Assembly: GCA_965658615.1 (NCBI GenBank)
Contig: CBFHSX010000004.1
Span: 5,263 to 69,262 of the forward strand
Direction of reading: 5' to 3'
From: Alphaproteobacteria bacterium
Lineage (GTDB): Bacteria; Pseudomonadota; Alphaproteobacteria; RS24
DNA: 64,000 nucleotides
The translations under genes and the position numbers were made by a program. A model generated the notes under the pieces. The model saw only the letters and a list, made by a program, of their open reading frames with translations, did not search any database and was not told the origin of the DNA. Positions 54,550 to 64,000 of this stretch are shown here, in pieces. Within the stretch, counting starts at the first letter, position 1. Every line of letters starts with the position of its first letter.

Positions 54550-55877
54550 CGCCACTTCGACTATATCGGTTTCTGGTATTTTTGGCCGGGCCGATATTGC
54601 GCCTCGGCCTGATGCGGCGCGCCCGAAAGGGCCGCGAGGACAAAGCCAGACTGCGCGAAAAACTTGGACATGCATCACTGAAACGGCCGCCCGCGCCGCT
54701 TATCTGGATACATGCAGCAAGTGTCGGCGAGACGATTTCCGTGCTGCCGCTGATCGGCGATATTCTCGAAAGCCGCCCGGCGCAAAGCGTGCTGCTGACC
54801 ACGGGCACAGTGACGGCCGCTGCGACTATTGCCAAATTTCAAACCGCGCATCCCGATATGCGCGCCCGACTGCGCCATCAATATGCGCCGCTTGACCGAC
54901 GCAATTGGATCGGTCGCTTTCTCGATCACTGGAAACCGGATGCGGCGTTTTGGGTTGAGAGCGAGATTTGGCCGAATATGGTGCTGGCTTGCGAGGCGCG
55001 CCGTATTCCGCTCATTATGTTGAATGGCCGCCTGTCACCGCGTTCGTTTCATCGCTGGCGGCGCATGAAGCGCACGGCACAAAGACTGCTCGGTCGTTTC
55101 AGCCTGCTGATGGCGCAGGATAATATGACGGCGGAAAGGCTGCGCGCGCTCGGTCTCGACGATATTTTTACACCGGGTAATTTGAAGCTCGACGCGCCGC
55201 CCTTGCCGCATGATGGGGCGATGCTGGCTGATTTGCAGGCACAGCTGAACGGCCGGCCGGTCTGGCTGGCAGCCAGCACCCATCCGGGCGAAGAAAAGCA
55301 AATCGCCGACGCGCATGGCATTATCGCCAACGCCTATCCCAATGCGCTGACGCTGATTGCACCGCGCCATCCCAATCGCGGCAATGCGCTGGCGGCGGAG
55401 CTAAGAAAAGCCGGGGTCAATCTGGCGCAGCGCAGCGCCAATGAGCCGCTGACGCCTGAAACACAGATTTATCTGCTCGACACGCTGGGCGAGTTGGGGC
55501 TGTTTTACCGGCTGGTCGATATTACGCTGATGGGCGGCACGCTGATACCGCATGGGGGGCAGAACCCGATTGAAGCGGCGCGCCTCGATTGCGCTATCCT
55601 GCACGGACCGCATATTGAGAATTTTCAGGAAATGTTTGATACGCTGACCGCGCGCCAAGCGACCGGCGCGATTTCTGACAGCGCCACATTGGCGACACAA
55701 GTGCGCGCGCTATTGGATAATCCGGCACAGGCGCAACAAATGGCCAATGCCGCCATCGCCTATGCCGAAGCCATGAGCGGCACACGCGCGCGCGTGATGG
55801 AATTGATCGCGCCTTATTTGGCCGACCCCGCCGCCACGCCGAGCGCGCCGAAAGTGCTGGAGGCGCATGATGGCTGA
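54546..55877 (+). CDS. waaA: Kdo transferase
   Basis: WIHAASVGE, ESEIWPN, GNLKLD, AASTHPGEE, APRHPNRG, GGQNPIEAA. Confidence 0.96.
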   Translation: MTPLRLYRFLVFLAGPILRLGLMRRARKGREDKARLREKLGHASLKRPPAPLIWIHAASVGETISVLPLIGDILESRPAQSVLLTTGTVTAAATIAKFQTAHPDMRARLRHQYAPLDRRNWIGRFLDHWKPDAAFWVESEIWPNMVLACEARRIPLIMLNGRLSPRSFHRWRRMKRTAQRLLGRFSLLMAQDNMTAERLRALGLDDIFTPGNLKLDAPPLPHDGAMLADLQAQLNGRPVWLAASTHPGEEKQIADAHGIIANAYPNALTLIAPRHPNRGNALAAELRKAGVNLAQRSANEPLTPETQIYLLDTLGELGLFYRLVDITLMGGTLIPHGGQNPIEAARLDCAILHGPHIENFQEMFDTLTARQATGAISDSATLATQVRALLDNPAQAQQMANAAIAYAEAMSGTRARVMELIAPYLADPAATPSAPKVLEAHDG

Positions 55878-56889
55878 GCCGCGTTTTTGGCAGGGCAAAA
55901 ACCATCCGCTGAGCCTCGCTTTGACACCGCTCAGTTGGCTATATGGTGGGCTGGAAGCACTGCGCCGCAAATTCTCACAGCCCCAACACCCGGGCAAGCC
56001 TGTCATTTGCATCGGCAATTTGACCGCCGGCGGGGCCGGCAAAACGCCGACTGTCGAATGGCTCATGGCCCAATTGCGAACCAATGGCCTGACACCTGCC
56101 ATACTGTCACGCGGTTATGGGGGCACTGAAAAAGGTCCGCTTCGGGTCGACACAAAAATTCATGACGCCACACAAGTCGGCGACGAACCGCTTATGCTGG
56201 CGCAGGACACACCCGTCTATATCGGCGCCGACCGGATGGCCAGCCTGCGCCTCGCCGTGCACGACGGGCATGATGTGTTGGTCAAGGATGACGGGTTTCA
56301 AAACCCCGCTTTAGCGCATCATTTCAATCTGATTGTCGTCGACGGTGCCAGCGGGCTGGGCAATGGACGGCTTTTGCCGGCCGGGCCACTGCGCCAAAGG
56401 CTTGCCGTCGGCATCGGCAAGCTCGATGCGCTGCTGGTTATTGGCGCGCCCACCCACGCATCGCTGCCACCCTTGCGCGCCGCGCTCGATAAAATCGGCA
56501 AACCGGTTTTCACCGCCGCCATTGCCGCAACCCAATTGGGCAGCGGGCCGGTGCACGCTTTTTGCGGCATTGCCAAACCGGAAAAATTTCGGGCCAGCCT
56601 TGCGGCGCAGGGCTATGAGGTCAAAGCGATGAGTGCTTTTGCCGACCACCATAATTTCACCGAGGCCGAAGCGGCCAAATTGCTGGACAGTAAATTGCCC
56701 CTCATCACCACGCAAAAAGACATGGCGCGCTTGCACGGGGCTGCGGCCAATTCGGCGCGTGGGCGTTTGGCAGCGCGCGCCGCCACCCTACCCATCGCCC
56801 TGACGATTGACGATGAAGCGGCTTTGGTCGCGTTGATAAAATCCGCTTTGGCCGAAAAACAGGCCAATCAGCTTTATAAATCCTATTGA
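55867..56889 (+). CDS. lpxK: Tetraacyldisaccharide 4'-kinase
   Basis: IGNLTAGGAGKTP, LSRGYGG, GDEPLML, DDGFQN, LLPAGPLR, FADHH. Confidence 0.96.
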   Translation: MMAEPRFWQGKNHPLSLALTPLSWLYGGLEALRRKFSQPQHPGKPVICIGNLTAGGAGKTPTVEWLMAQLRTNGLTPAILSRGYGGTEKGPLRVDTKIHDATQVGDEPLMLAQDTPVYIGADRMASLRLAVHDGHDVLVKDDGFQNPALAHHFNLIVVDGASGLGNGRLLPAGPLRQRLAVGIGKLDALLVIGAPTHASLPPLRAALDKIGKPVFTAAIAATQLGSGPVHAFCGIAKPEKFRASLAAQGYEVKAMSAFADHHNFTEAEAAKLLDSKLPLITTQKDMARLHGAAANSARGRLAARAATLPIALTIDDEAALVALIKSALAEKQANQLYKSY

Positions 56890-57710
56890 GTGTTTTCAGG
56901 CGCGGCGCTGACAACCAGCGCCGGGTCGATACGTTGGCCGCGCCAGAACATGCGCCAGTCGAGATGCGGCCCGGTCGAACGGCCGGTTGAGCCGACTGTG
57001 GCGATCATATCCCCCGCCTTCACCTCGTCACCGACCTCAACCTCGAGCGTGTCGAGATGCATATAGGCTGAGGTCAGTTTCAGCCCGTGATCGATGAAAA
57101 TCAGCCCGCCCTCAAAATACATATCCGGCTCGGCCAATGTGACCTTGCCGGGGGCCGGGGCGATGACCTTTGTGCCGCGCGGCGCGGCAATATCAATTCC
57201 GAAATGCGGGCGGCGCGGCTCGCCATTATAAAAACGCTGACTGCCATAAACACCGCTAATGCGGCCTTTCACGGGCCAGATAAAATCCTCGATGAAATCG
57301 GCGCGCCGCGAGTCAATCGCGCGCGCCGCGCGTTTCAATTTGCCACCCCGAATGATACGCGGCAGCGCTTCCTCGGGCGGATTGACCATGGCGGGCGGCA
57401 GGCCGTCAATGCGCTGAATGTTATAGCTGCGCTTTTCGAGCTGCACCGGCACGGTGCGCGCCTTGCCATTGCGGGTGAATATAATCTCATGCGCCAGCTT
57501 GGCATCGCGGCCAAAACCCAGAACGGTGTGGCCTTTTACGACCGGCAGCGTCTCGCCATTCAACGCAATTTGCGTGCCCTTGGTCAGCGCCAACACCACC
57601 AGACCACCTTGCGTAAACGCGCCGGTTGCGCCGCGCACATAATCTTGCGGCAGCTCCAGCGCATTTGCCGGCGCTATGAAGAGCAGCAAGGCCAGCGCGA
57701 TTTTATGCAT
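56883..57710 (-). CDS. M23 family metallopeptidase
   Basis: Signal peptide; HFGID, YMHLD, TGRSTGPHLDW. Confidence 0.92.
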   Translation of the reverse strand: MHKIALALLLFIAPANALELPQDYVRGATGAFTQGGLVVLALTKGTQIALNGETLPVVKGHTVLGFGRDAKLAHEIIFTRNGKARTVPVQLEKRSYNIQRIDGLPPAMVNPPEEALPRIIRGGKLKRAARAIDSRRADFIEDFIWPVKGRISGVYGSQRFYNGEPRRPHFGIDIAAPRGTKVIAPAPGKVTLAEPDMYFEGGLIFIDHGLKLTSAYMHLDTLEVEVGDEVKAGDMIATVGSTGRSTGPHLDWRMFWRGQRIDPALVVSAAPENTQ

Positions 57711-57903
57711 TTTCGGCGTGCGCCAATTCGGCTTGCAAGGACACATCAGCATCGGCATAGGCTTCCTGCCGATCGACACTCCAATAGCGCAAATCATCCA
57801 GCGCAATCTCTTTGCCGGTCACCGCACAGAGCACGAAAGCGCCCGGCATCATTACTTCAAAATCGCCATCGAGATATTTCAGCTTGGCTTCGCCACCGAC
57901 CAT
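57703..57903 (-). CDS. DUF2093 family small protein (66 aa)
   Basis: YLDGDF, FVLCAVTG, LRYWSVDRQEAY; strong RBS AAAAAGGAG before ATG 57903. Confidence 0.85.
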   Translation of the reverse strand: MVGGEAKLKYLDGDFEVMMPGAFVLCAVTGKEIALDDLRYWSVDRQEAYADADVSLQAELAHAENA

Positions 57904-57931
57904 TGCGGTCTCCTTTTTCATCTTCGCGCCG

Positions 57932-59377
57932 CTACAATAATTGACCTTGCCCGTCATCACCAGACGGTTTTGCAGGCTTTTTGCGGCTTTGCTTTTTGGT
58001 CGCCTTGACGCGGCGCGCGGCCTCATCACCGCCCTCAACCCGCGCCGCGACGCGTCCCTCATTGGCGAGGCGAATATCCAATGCATCCCCTGCCGCCACT
58101 TGCGCCGGCACCCGAAGCGGCTTGCCGCTCATATCCAGCACCAACGCGAAGCCGCGTTCCAGAACGCTTTCATGACTGAGCAGGCGCAATTGTCGCGCCG
58201 CGCCGTCTAGCCTGGCGGCGTCGCGTTCCAGCCTATGGCGGGCGCCGCTTTGGGCGCGCTGCACAAAACCGGCAAGGCGTTCGCTTTGCAGGCGAATTTG
58301 CCCCTGCAAAGATGTCGGGGTAAGACGCGCTGCCGCGCGGCCTAGGCGCGCCATATGCACAGCGCTATTGGCCTGCAAAGCACCGCCCAGCCTTTGTCCC
58401 ATTGTGTCGAGCTTTTGCGTCGGCAGGGCCAGCATATCCTCCAATTTTGGCAACCCGCGGGCCAGACCGGTCAAATGGCTGCGCTCGCGTTCCAGATAAC
58501 GCCCTTGCGCGCGCAATAGCCGCCCCTGAAGCTCAGCCAGATTGGCTTGCAAATCGGCGCGGACCGGCACGGCCATCTCAGCCGCCGCCGTCGGCGTCGG
58601 GGCGCGGCGATCGGCCGTGTAATCGATCAGCGTCGTATCGGTCTCATGGCCGACGGCAGAAATAAGCGGGATATCCGATTGCGCGGCTGTGCGCGCCACA
58701 ATTTCTTCGTTAAAGCCCCATAGATCTTCGAGGCTGCCGCCGCCGCGCGCGACAATCAACACATCGGGGCGCGGGATATCACCATCCGGCGCAAGCGCGT
58801 TAAAACCGGCAATGGCGCGAGCCACTTCTGCAGCGCAGGTCTCGCCCTGCACGCGTACCGGCCAGACCAGCACATGGCGCGGAAACCGGTCGGACAGCCG
58901 GTGCAAAATATCGCGGATAACCGCGCCGGACGGACTGGTCACCACGCCAATCGTTTCGGGCAAATAGGGCAAGGGTTTTTTGCGCGCCGCGTCGAACAAG
59001 CCTTCGGCAGCGAGTTGTTTCTTCCGCGCCTCCAACAGCGCCATCAGCGCGCCCTCACCGGCCGGTTCCATGGCGTCGACGACAAGTTGATAGCGCGATT
59101 GACCGGGGAAAGTTGTCATTTTGCCGGTCAGAATGACCTCCAAACCCTGTTCGGGCTGCATCGCCAGCTTGGCGGCATTGCCTTTCCACATAACGCTTGC
59201 GAGCACGGCTTTATCGTCTTTCACATCGAAATAGAGATGCCCCGAAGCGGGCCGCGCCACGCGCCCCAATTCGCCGCGCACCCGCACCCGTCCAAAACTG
59301 TCCTCGACCAGCCGTTTGACTTGCCCTGACAGTTCGGAGACGCTGAGTTCCACAAGATTGTCACCAAGCTGGCTCAT
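57932..59377 (-). CDS. xseA: Exodeoxyribonuclease VII large subunit
   Basis: [45 protein letters not shown]; start refined to ATG 59377. Confidence 0.97.
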   Translation of the reverse strand: MSQLGDNLVELSVSELSGQVKRLVEDSFGRVRVRGELGRVARPASGHLYFDVKDDKAVLASVMWKGNAAKLAMQPEQGLEVILTGKMTTFPGQSRYQLVVDAMEPAGEGALMALLEARKKQLAAEGLFDAARKKPLPYLPETIGVVTSPSGAVIRDILHRLSDRFPRHVLVWPVRVQGETCAAEVARAIAGFNALAPDGDIPRPDVLIVARGGGSLEDLWGFNEEIVARTAAQSDIPLISAVGHETDTTLIDYTADRRAPTPTAAAEMAVPVRADLQANLAELQGRLLRAQGRYLERERSHLTGLARGLPKLEDMLALPTQKLDTMGQRLGGALQANSAVHMARLGRAAARLTPTSLQGQIRLQSERLAGFVQRAQSGARHRLERDAARLDGAARQLRLLSHESVLERGFALVLDMSGKPLRVPAQVAAGDALDIRLANEGRVAARVEGGDEAARRVKATKKQSRKKPAKPSGDDGQGQLL

Positions 59378-59509
59378 TTTTCGCGGTTTTTCCTCTCTAC
59401 CGAATTTATCCGGCCCGATGGCTATGGTAAAACATTGGCACGAGCGATTCCTGCCCGTCATGTGCGTAACATGGCATGGTTTGCACATGAAAAAAATAGA
59501 GGGACACAT

Positions 59510-60802
59510 ATGGCTGATACAAAACGGACAATTTTGGTGCTGGGCGCGGGCGGGCGCGAACACGCTTTATGCTGGAAAATCGCGCAAAGCCCGCTGCTCG
59601 AAAAACTCTATTGTGCGCCCGGCAATGGCGGCACAGGCGCAGTGGCCGAAAACACGGCCTTAGACGCGGCCGACCATGCCGCCGTCATCGCCTTTTGCCG
59701 CGATAAGGGCGTTGACCTGGTCGTCATCGGGCCGGAAGCGCCTTTGGTCGCAGGCTTGGCGGATGATCTGGCGGCCGCCAAGATCGCCGCTTTCGGGCCG
59801 GGAAAAATAGCCGCCCAGCTTGAAGGCTCGAAGGGCTATACGAAAGATCTGTGCGCCGAAGCCAATATTCCGACCGCCGCTTATGGGCGCTTCGACAATG
59901 CCTGCGCCGCGCTTGAATATCTCGATGCGCAACAAGCCCCGATTGTCGTGAAGGCCGATGGGCTGGCCGCCGGTAAGGGCGTGATTATTGCTGAGGATAT
60001 GAAGACCGCAAAAGACGCGGTCGAGGATATTTTCGACGGGGCCTTTGGCGATGCCGGGGCTGAATTGGTGGTCGAGGAATTTATGACCGGCGAAGAAGCC
60101 AGCTTTTTCGTGCTTTGCGATGGCGAGACGGCTCTGCCCTTGGCCACGGCGCAAGACCATAAGCGCGTCGGCGATGGCGATATTGGCCCCAATACAGGCG
60201 GTATGGGCGCCTATTCACCGGCCAGGATTATGACCCCGGCTTTGATTGATGAAGCGATGGAAAAAATCATCCAGCCGACCCTGGCCGCCATGGCGCGGCG
60301 CGGCGCGCCCTATCGCGGTGTGCTTTATGCCGGCCTGATGCTGACGCCGGATGGCCCGAAGCTGGTCGAATATAATGCCCGCTTTGGCGATCCGGAATGC
60401 CAAGTGCTGATGATGCGCCTGAAATCCGACATTGTGCCGGCTTTGGAGGCCGCCGCTTCCGGCACGCTGAAAGACATGGCGCTGCAGTGGCATGATGAGG
60501 TGGCGATGACCGTGGTCATGGCGGCGAACGGCTATCCGGGCACTTATGACAAAGGCAGCGTGATCGGCGGGTTGGACGCGGTCAGCGATGAGAGCGTTGT
60601 GTTTCACGCCGGCACTGCGCGCGATGCGGACGGCACGGTGACAGCGACAGGCGGGCGCGTGCTCAATGTAACGGCGCGCGGCAAAACAGTGGCGCAAGCG
60701 CAGGCAAATGCTTATGCTGGCGTCGATACGATTGACTGGCCGCAGGGTTTTTGTCGCCGTGATATCGGCTATAGGGAAATAGCGCGCGAGCAGCGCGACT
60801 GA
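59510..60802 (+). CDS. purD: Phosphoribosylamine-glycine ligase
   Basis: [58 protein letters not shown]. Confidence 0.98.
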   Translation: MADTKRTILVLGAGGREHALCWKIAQSPLLEKLYCAPGNGGTGAVAENTALDAADHAAVIAFCRDKGVDLVVIGPEAPLVAGLADDLAAAKIAAFGPGKIAAQLEGSKGYTKDLCAEANIPTAAYGRFDNACAALEYLDAQQAPIVVKADGLAAGKGVIIAEDMKTAKDAVEDIFDGAFGDAGAELVVEEFMTGEEASFFVLCDGETALPLATAQDHKRVGDGDIGPNTGGMGAYSPARIMTPALIDEAMEKIIQPTLAAMARRGAPYRGVLYAGLMLTPDGPKLVEYNARFGDPECQVLMMRLKSDIVPALEAAASGTLKDMALQWHDEVAMTVVMAANGYPGTYDKGSVIGGLDAVSDESVVFHAGTARDADGTVTATGGRVLNVTARGKTVAQAQANAYAGVDTIDWPQGFCRRDIGYREIAREQRD

Positions 60803-60842
60803 TCGAAAGGCGCGCCGCGCCGCTTGTTTGGGGGAGAAACAC

Positions 60843-61919
60843 ATGCAGGATCAAGGCGTCGAAAAATTTGGCGGCACAAAGGATGTGGCCGATACGCATA
60901 AGTTTGATGAGAAGAAACTCGAAGCCTATGCCGCTGCGCATGTCGAGGGTTTTGAAGGACCGATGGAAGTGCGCCAGTTTAAAGGCGGCCAATCCAACCC
61001 GACTTATCAGCTTGTTACGCCCACAAAAAAATATGTGATGCGCCGCAAGCCGCCCGGCAAACTCTTGCCCTCGGCCCATGCGGTGGACCGCGAATATAAA
61101 GTCATCACGGCGCTGAACAGTATCGGCTTTCCGGTGCCGCGCACATATTGCCTGTGCGAAGATGAAAGCGTTACCGGCACGATGTTTTATATTATGGATA
61201 TGGTTGAAGGGCGTATTCTTTGGGATCCGCTGCTGCCGGATATTCCGAAAGAGGGCCGCCGACCGATTTTTGAGGCGAAAATCAAGACGCTGGCCGAATT
61301 GCACAATGCCGATTACAAAGCCATCGGCCTAGGAGATTTCGGCAAGGAAGGCGATTATTTCGCGCGGCAAATCTCGCGTTGGACCAAGCAATATCAGCTC
61401 TCCGAGACGCAGGAAATCACCAGCATGAATAAGCTCATTGACTGGCTGCCAGCCAATATTCCCGGCAGCGATGAGGTGTCGATTGTGCATGGCGATTACC
61501 GCCTCGACAATATGGTACTGCACCCGAGCGAGCCGAAAGTCGCCGCCGTGCTGGACTGGGAATTGTCAACGCTGGGCCACCCGCTGGGTGATTTTACCTA
61601 TCACCTGATGCAATGGTATATGCCGGACGGTGCGGGCAGCACCAATACACTGCTGGGCTGCGATTTTGAAGGGCTGAACATTCCCAGTGCCGAAGAATAT
61701 ACGCGGGCTTATTGCGAGGCGACACAGCGCGACGGCATTGAAAATCTCGATTATTACATCGCTTATAATATGTTCCGTCTTGCCGGTATTCTGCAAGGCA
61801 TTGTCGGCCGCGTGCGCGACGGCACAGCCTCCAACGCCCACGCCGCCGCCATGGCCGATCGCGTCAAACCCCTATCGGATATGGCCTGGGAATACGCACT
61901 GCGCGCAGGGGCGGTATAA
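60843..61919 (+). CDS. Phosphotransferase (APH/ACAD10-11 N-terminal-like) family protein
   Basis: GGQSNPTY, LLPSAHAVDRE, HGDYRLDN, VLDWELSTLG. Confidence 0.92.
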   Translation: MQDQGVEKFGGTKDVADTHKFDEKKLEAYAAAHVEGFEGPMEVRQFKGGQSNPTYQLVTPTKKYVMRRKPPGKLLPSAHAVDREYKVITALNSIGFPVPRTYCLCEDESVTGTMFYIMDMVEGRILWDPLLPDIPKEGRRPIFEAKIKTLAELHNADYKAIGLGDFGKEGDYFARQISRWTKQYQLSETQEITSMNKLIDWLPANIPGSDEVSIVHGDYRLDNMVLHPSEPKVAAVLDWELSTLGHPLGDFTYHLMQWYMPDGAGSTNTLLGCDFEGLNIPSAEEYTRAYCEATQRDGIENLDYYIAYNMFRLAGILQGIVGRVRDGTASNAHAAAMADRVKPLSDMAWEYALRAGAV

Positions 61920-61927
61920 GCACTTAC

Positions 61928-61972
61928 CGAGCGTTAGCGAGGTCTAGTGCGCCTCCAAAGGGGCGAAGCACA
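61928..61972. repeat. Bulged hairpin (REP-like) between convergent genes
   Basis: GAGCGTTAGCGAGG followed by GTGC-GCCTC-CAAA-GGGGC-GAA-GCAC; shares GCGCCT.CAA and GCGAAG with the 46301 element. Confidence 0.45.
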
Positions 61973-61984
61973 ATCGCCACCGCC

Positions 61985-62359
61985 CTATACCCACCAATAG
62001 ATGAACACCCCCATAACGATGATAATGGTCAGGGAGTGCAATGCCGAATTAGCATAAATGGCACGCGTGACATCGGTTTTGTTGCTTTTCAAACTGCCCT
62101 CGACACGCGCTTCCATGCGCAGGAAATCCTTGCCGAGATCATCAAGCTGCACCCGCGCCAATGTCGCGCGCGTATCAGCATCCTCGCGCAAGGTAAAGAT
62201 TGAGGCATTGAACTCGTTTCTCAATTTATCTTCCAAAGCGTCCAAATCCTCGACCGAGCTGCCGCGCAATTCAATTTGCTCGGCCAAAAACATGGCCTGC
62301 ATTTCAGCCATACCTGTTTGTTTTGCACCGATGATGAATTTCTTTTTGTCGAAAGTCAT
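61985..62359 (-). CDS. DUF1640/CCDC90-like coiled-coil protein with C-terminal membrane anchor
   Basis: N-terminal FD..F....G....QA...AE pattern, heptad coiled coil, C-terminal TM; about 50% GC by hand count. Confidence 0.6.
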   Translation of the reverse strand: MTFDKKKFIIGAKQTGMAEMQAMFLAEQIELRGSSVEDLDALEDKLRNEFNASIFTLREDADTRATLARVQLDDLGKDFLRMEARVEGSLKSNKTDVTRAIYANSALHSLTIIIVMGVFIYWWV

Positions 62360-62418
62360 GAGATCCCTTTTTATTTTTGTTGCCTGTAGGCTAACACGAA
62401 ATGCAGGAAGAGGGGCAA

Positions 62419-62964
62419 TTAAATCGGGGTCAGAAAGATAAGCGCCGTGTCGCCCTTAATGCGTCGATCCATCTCATCGAAACCGGGCGGCGCCCGGAAG
62501 CCGGCGCGCTTGTCTTCCTCGATAATTATCAGCCCATCCTCGGCCAGCCAATCGCCGTCTTTGAGCGCCACCAAGGCCCGCTCGCTCAAACCCTTGCCAT
62601 AGGGTGGGTCGGCAAACACCAAATCATAGGCCGCGCCTTGCCGCGCCCCTAATTTGGTCGCATCACGGCGAAAAACTTTCGACACGCCCATGGCAGCGCA
62701 GGTCTCGAGATTGGCGCGAATGGCAGCGCGGGCTTGCGCCTCGGTTTCGACAAAAAGGGTAAAAGCAGCACCGCGCGACAGCGCCTCCAGCCCCAGCGCA
62801 CCGGTTCCGGCAAACAAGTCGAGCACGCGCGCGCCCTCAAAATCGAGCTTGGCTTGCAATATGGAAAACAGCGCCTCGCGGGTGCGATCCGTGGTTGGCC
62901 GCGTGGCGTTTCCTTTCGGCGCGACCAAAGCGCGCCCGCGCCATTTACCGCCGACCACGCGCAT
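62419..62964 (-). CDS. rsmD: 16S rRNA m2G966 methyltransferase
   Basis: MRVVGGKWRGR, RPTTDRTREALF, LDLFAGTGALGLEALSRGA, DPPY. Confidence 0.96.
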   Translation of the reverse strand: MRVVGGKWRGRALVAPKGNATRPTTDRTREALFSILQAKLDFEGARVLDLFAGTGALGLEALSRGAAFTLFVETEAQARAAIRANLETCAAMGVSKVFRRDATKLGARQGAAYDLVFADPPYGKGLSERALVALKDGDWLAEDGLIIIEEDKRAGFRAPPGFDEMDRRIKGDTALIFLTPI

Positions 62965-63997
62965 TGGGTTTGCCTTTCGGGCGGCCGCGCTCGGGGCGAT
63001 CACGTTCAGATCGGCTTCGCGCATCCGGTTTGGCACGCTTATCCGGCTTGCCCCGATTATCAATTTTATCGCGGCCTGCTGTGGCGTCATCGGCTTTTCG
63101 CCCTGTCAATTTGCGGCCGGTGGGTTTGGCGCGCATATCATCTTTCGGGCGCCGGCTTTTGGTCTCACCGCGCTTCGGATAGGGGGCCGCATCGGCCACA
63201 TTCGTCTCCTCCATTGCCTCGCGGCCACCGCGTATCGTGCCATCGACAATCGCCTGCCAGTTCTTGCCCAGTTGTTGGCGCAGCACACGGCGCGGCACTT
63301 CCTCAACCATGCCGCTTTCGAGCTGGCCCAGTTGAAACGGCCCGAAGCTCAGGCGAATGAGCCGGTTGACCTTCAAATCCAGCGCTTCGAGCACGCGTTT
63401 GATTTCGCGGTTTTTGCCCTCGCGCAGCGCCATGGTCAGCCATACATTGCCGCCCTGCACGCGCTCCAAACTCGCATCAATGGATTTATAATTCACCCCA
63501 TCAATGGTGATGCCGTGTTTCAAATCGCGCAATTTGCCTTCATCGGCTTTGCCGAAAGCGCGCACCCGATAGCGCCGCAGCCAGCCCGTGCTGGGCAATT
63601 CCAAAAACCGCTTCATGCCGCCATCATTGGTCAAGAGCAGCAGGCCTTCCGTATTAATATCAAGGCGGCCCACCGCATTGACGCGCGGCAGGCTGGGCGG
63701 CAATTTTTGAAACACCGTATCGCGGCCTTGCGGGTCGCGCGCTGTCGTCACCAGACCGGCGGCTTTGTGGTAACGCCATAGGCGCGGCGGGTCCGGCTCG
63801 CCGACCGGCTTGCCATCAACGGCGATTTTATCATCCGCCGTCACATTAAAAGCCGGCGTATCAAGACGGCGTCCGTTCACCGTCACGCGGCCATCAGCAA
63901 TCATGCGCTCGGCATCGCGGCGCGAACACACACCGGCGCGCGCCATGACTTTGGCAATGCGGTCGCCGGCAAAGGCGGAGCTTTTTTCATCTGTCAT
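62945..63997 (-). CDS. rluB: 23S rRNA pseudouridine synthase (RluB-like)
   Basis: S4 domain RIAKVMARAGVCSRR, VGRLDINTEGLLLLTNDG, EGKNREIKR; basic low-complexity C-tail. Confidence 0.9.
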   Translation of the reverse strand: MTDEKSSAFAGDRIAKVMARAGVCSRRDAERMIADGRVTVNGRRLDTPAFNVTADDKIAVDGKPVGEPDPPRLWRYHKAAGLVTTARDPQGRDTVFQKLPPSLPRVNAVGRLDINTEGLLLLTNDGGMKRFLELPSTGWLRRYRVRAFGKADEGKLRDLKHGITIDGVNYKSIDASLERVQGGNVWLTMALREGKNREIKRVLEALDLKVNRLIRLSFGPFQLGQLESGMVEEVPRRVLRQQLGKNWQAIVDGTIRGGREAMEETNVADAAPYPKRGETKSRRPKDDMRAKPTGRKLTGRKADDATAGRDKIDNRGKPDKRAKPDARSRSERDRPERGRPKGKPNARGRR

Positions 63998-64000
63998 GCG

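Noticed and set aside
62945-63210. Basic low-complexity C-terminal tail of RluB (R/K/D/P-rich)
   Set aside because: Disordered tails are common in alphaproteobacterial RluB; no exact DNA repeat seen.

Overview
A gene-dense (~58% GC by eye) core-genome segment of an alphaproteobacterium. Gene order and compaction suggest a streamlined Rhizobiales/Parvibaculales-like lineage; this is inference, not a verified classification. About 61 CDSs are supported: glyQS-ppdK-cell wall hydrolase; ispB/ispE/ispH; ETF-QO; udg-slt; the F0 ATP synthase operon; dciA-dsbA-smc; mutY; ccrM-rnhB; a split glycine cleavage system (gcvT-H-PA-PB) under a tandem glycine riboswitch; thrB/thrC; rnhA; the aa3 oxidase operon (ctaC-D-B-G-E, SURF1); tldD/pmbA; gshA; rsmE; ubiA; msbA-waaA-lpxK; xseA; purD; rsmD; rluB. 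I saw no tRNA, rRNA, CRISPR array, transposase or prophage gene. The most notable observations are: (1) an RgsP-like 7TMR-DISM sensor that appears to have lost its cytoplasmic PAS-GGDEF-EAL output but remains translationally coupled to thrC; (2) a riboswitch-gcv-rnhB-(ccrM) chain in which the gcv and ccrM promoters share the 15-bp motif GANTC-ATCGC-GANTC, with DnaA boxes upstream of ccrM and of dsbA-smc; (3) a Gly-to-Ala change in the near-invariant GHPEVY motif of cytochrome oxidase subunit I; (4) a 2.5-unit palindromic repeat array starting inside the rnhA 3' end; (5) a DUF1640/CCDC90-like gene and an orphan membrane gene, each next to a related bulged hairpin. Start codons were refined from the ORF track using RBS and overlap evidence. 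All family assignments come from motif recognition, not database searches.
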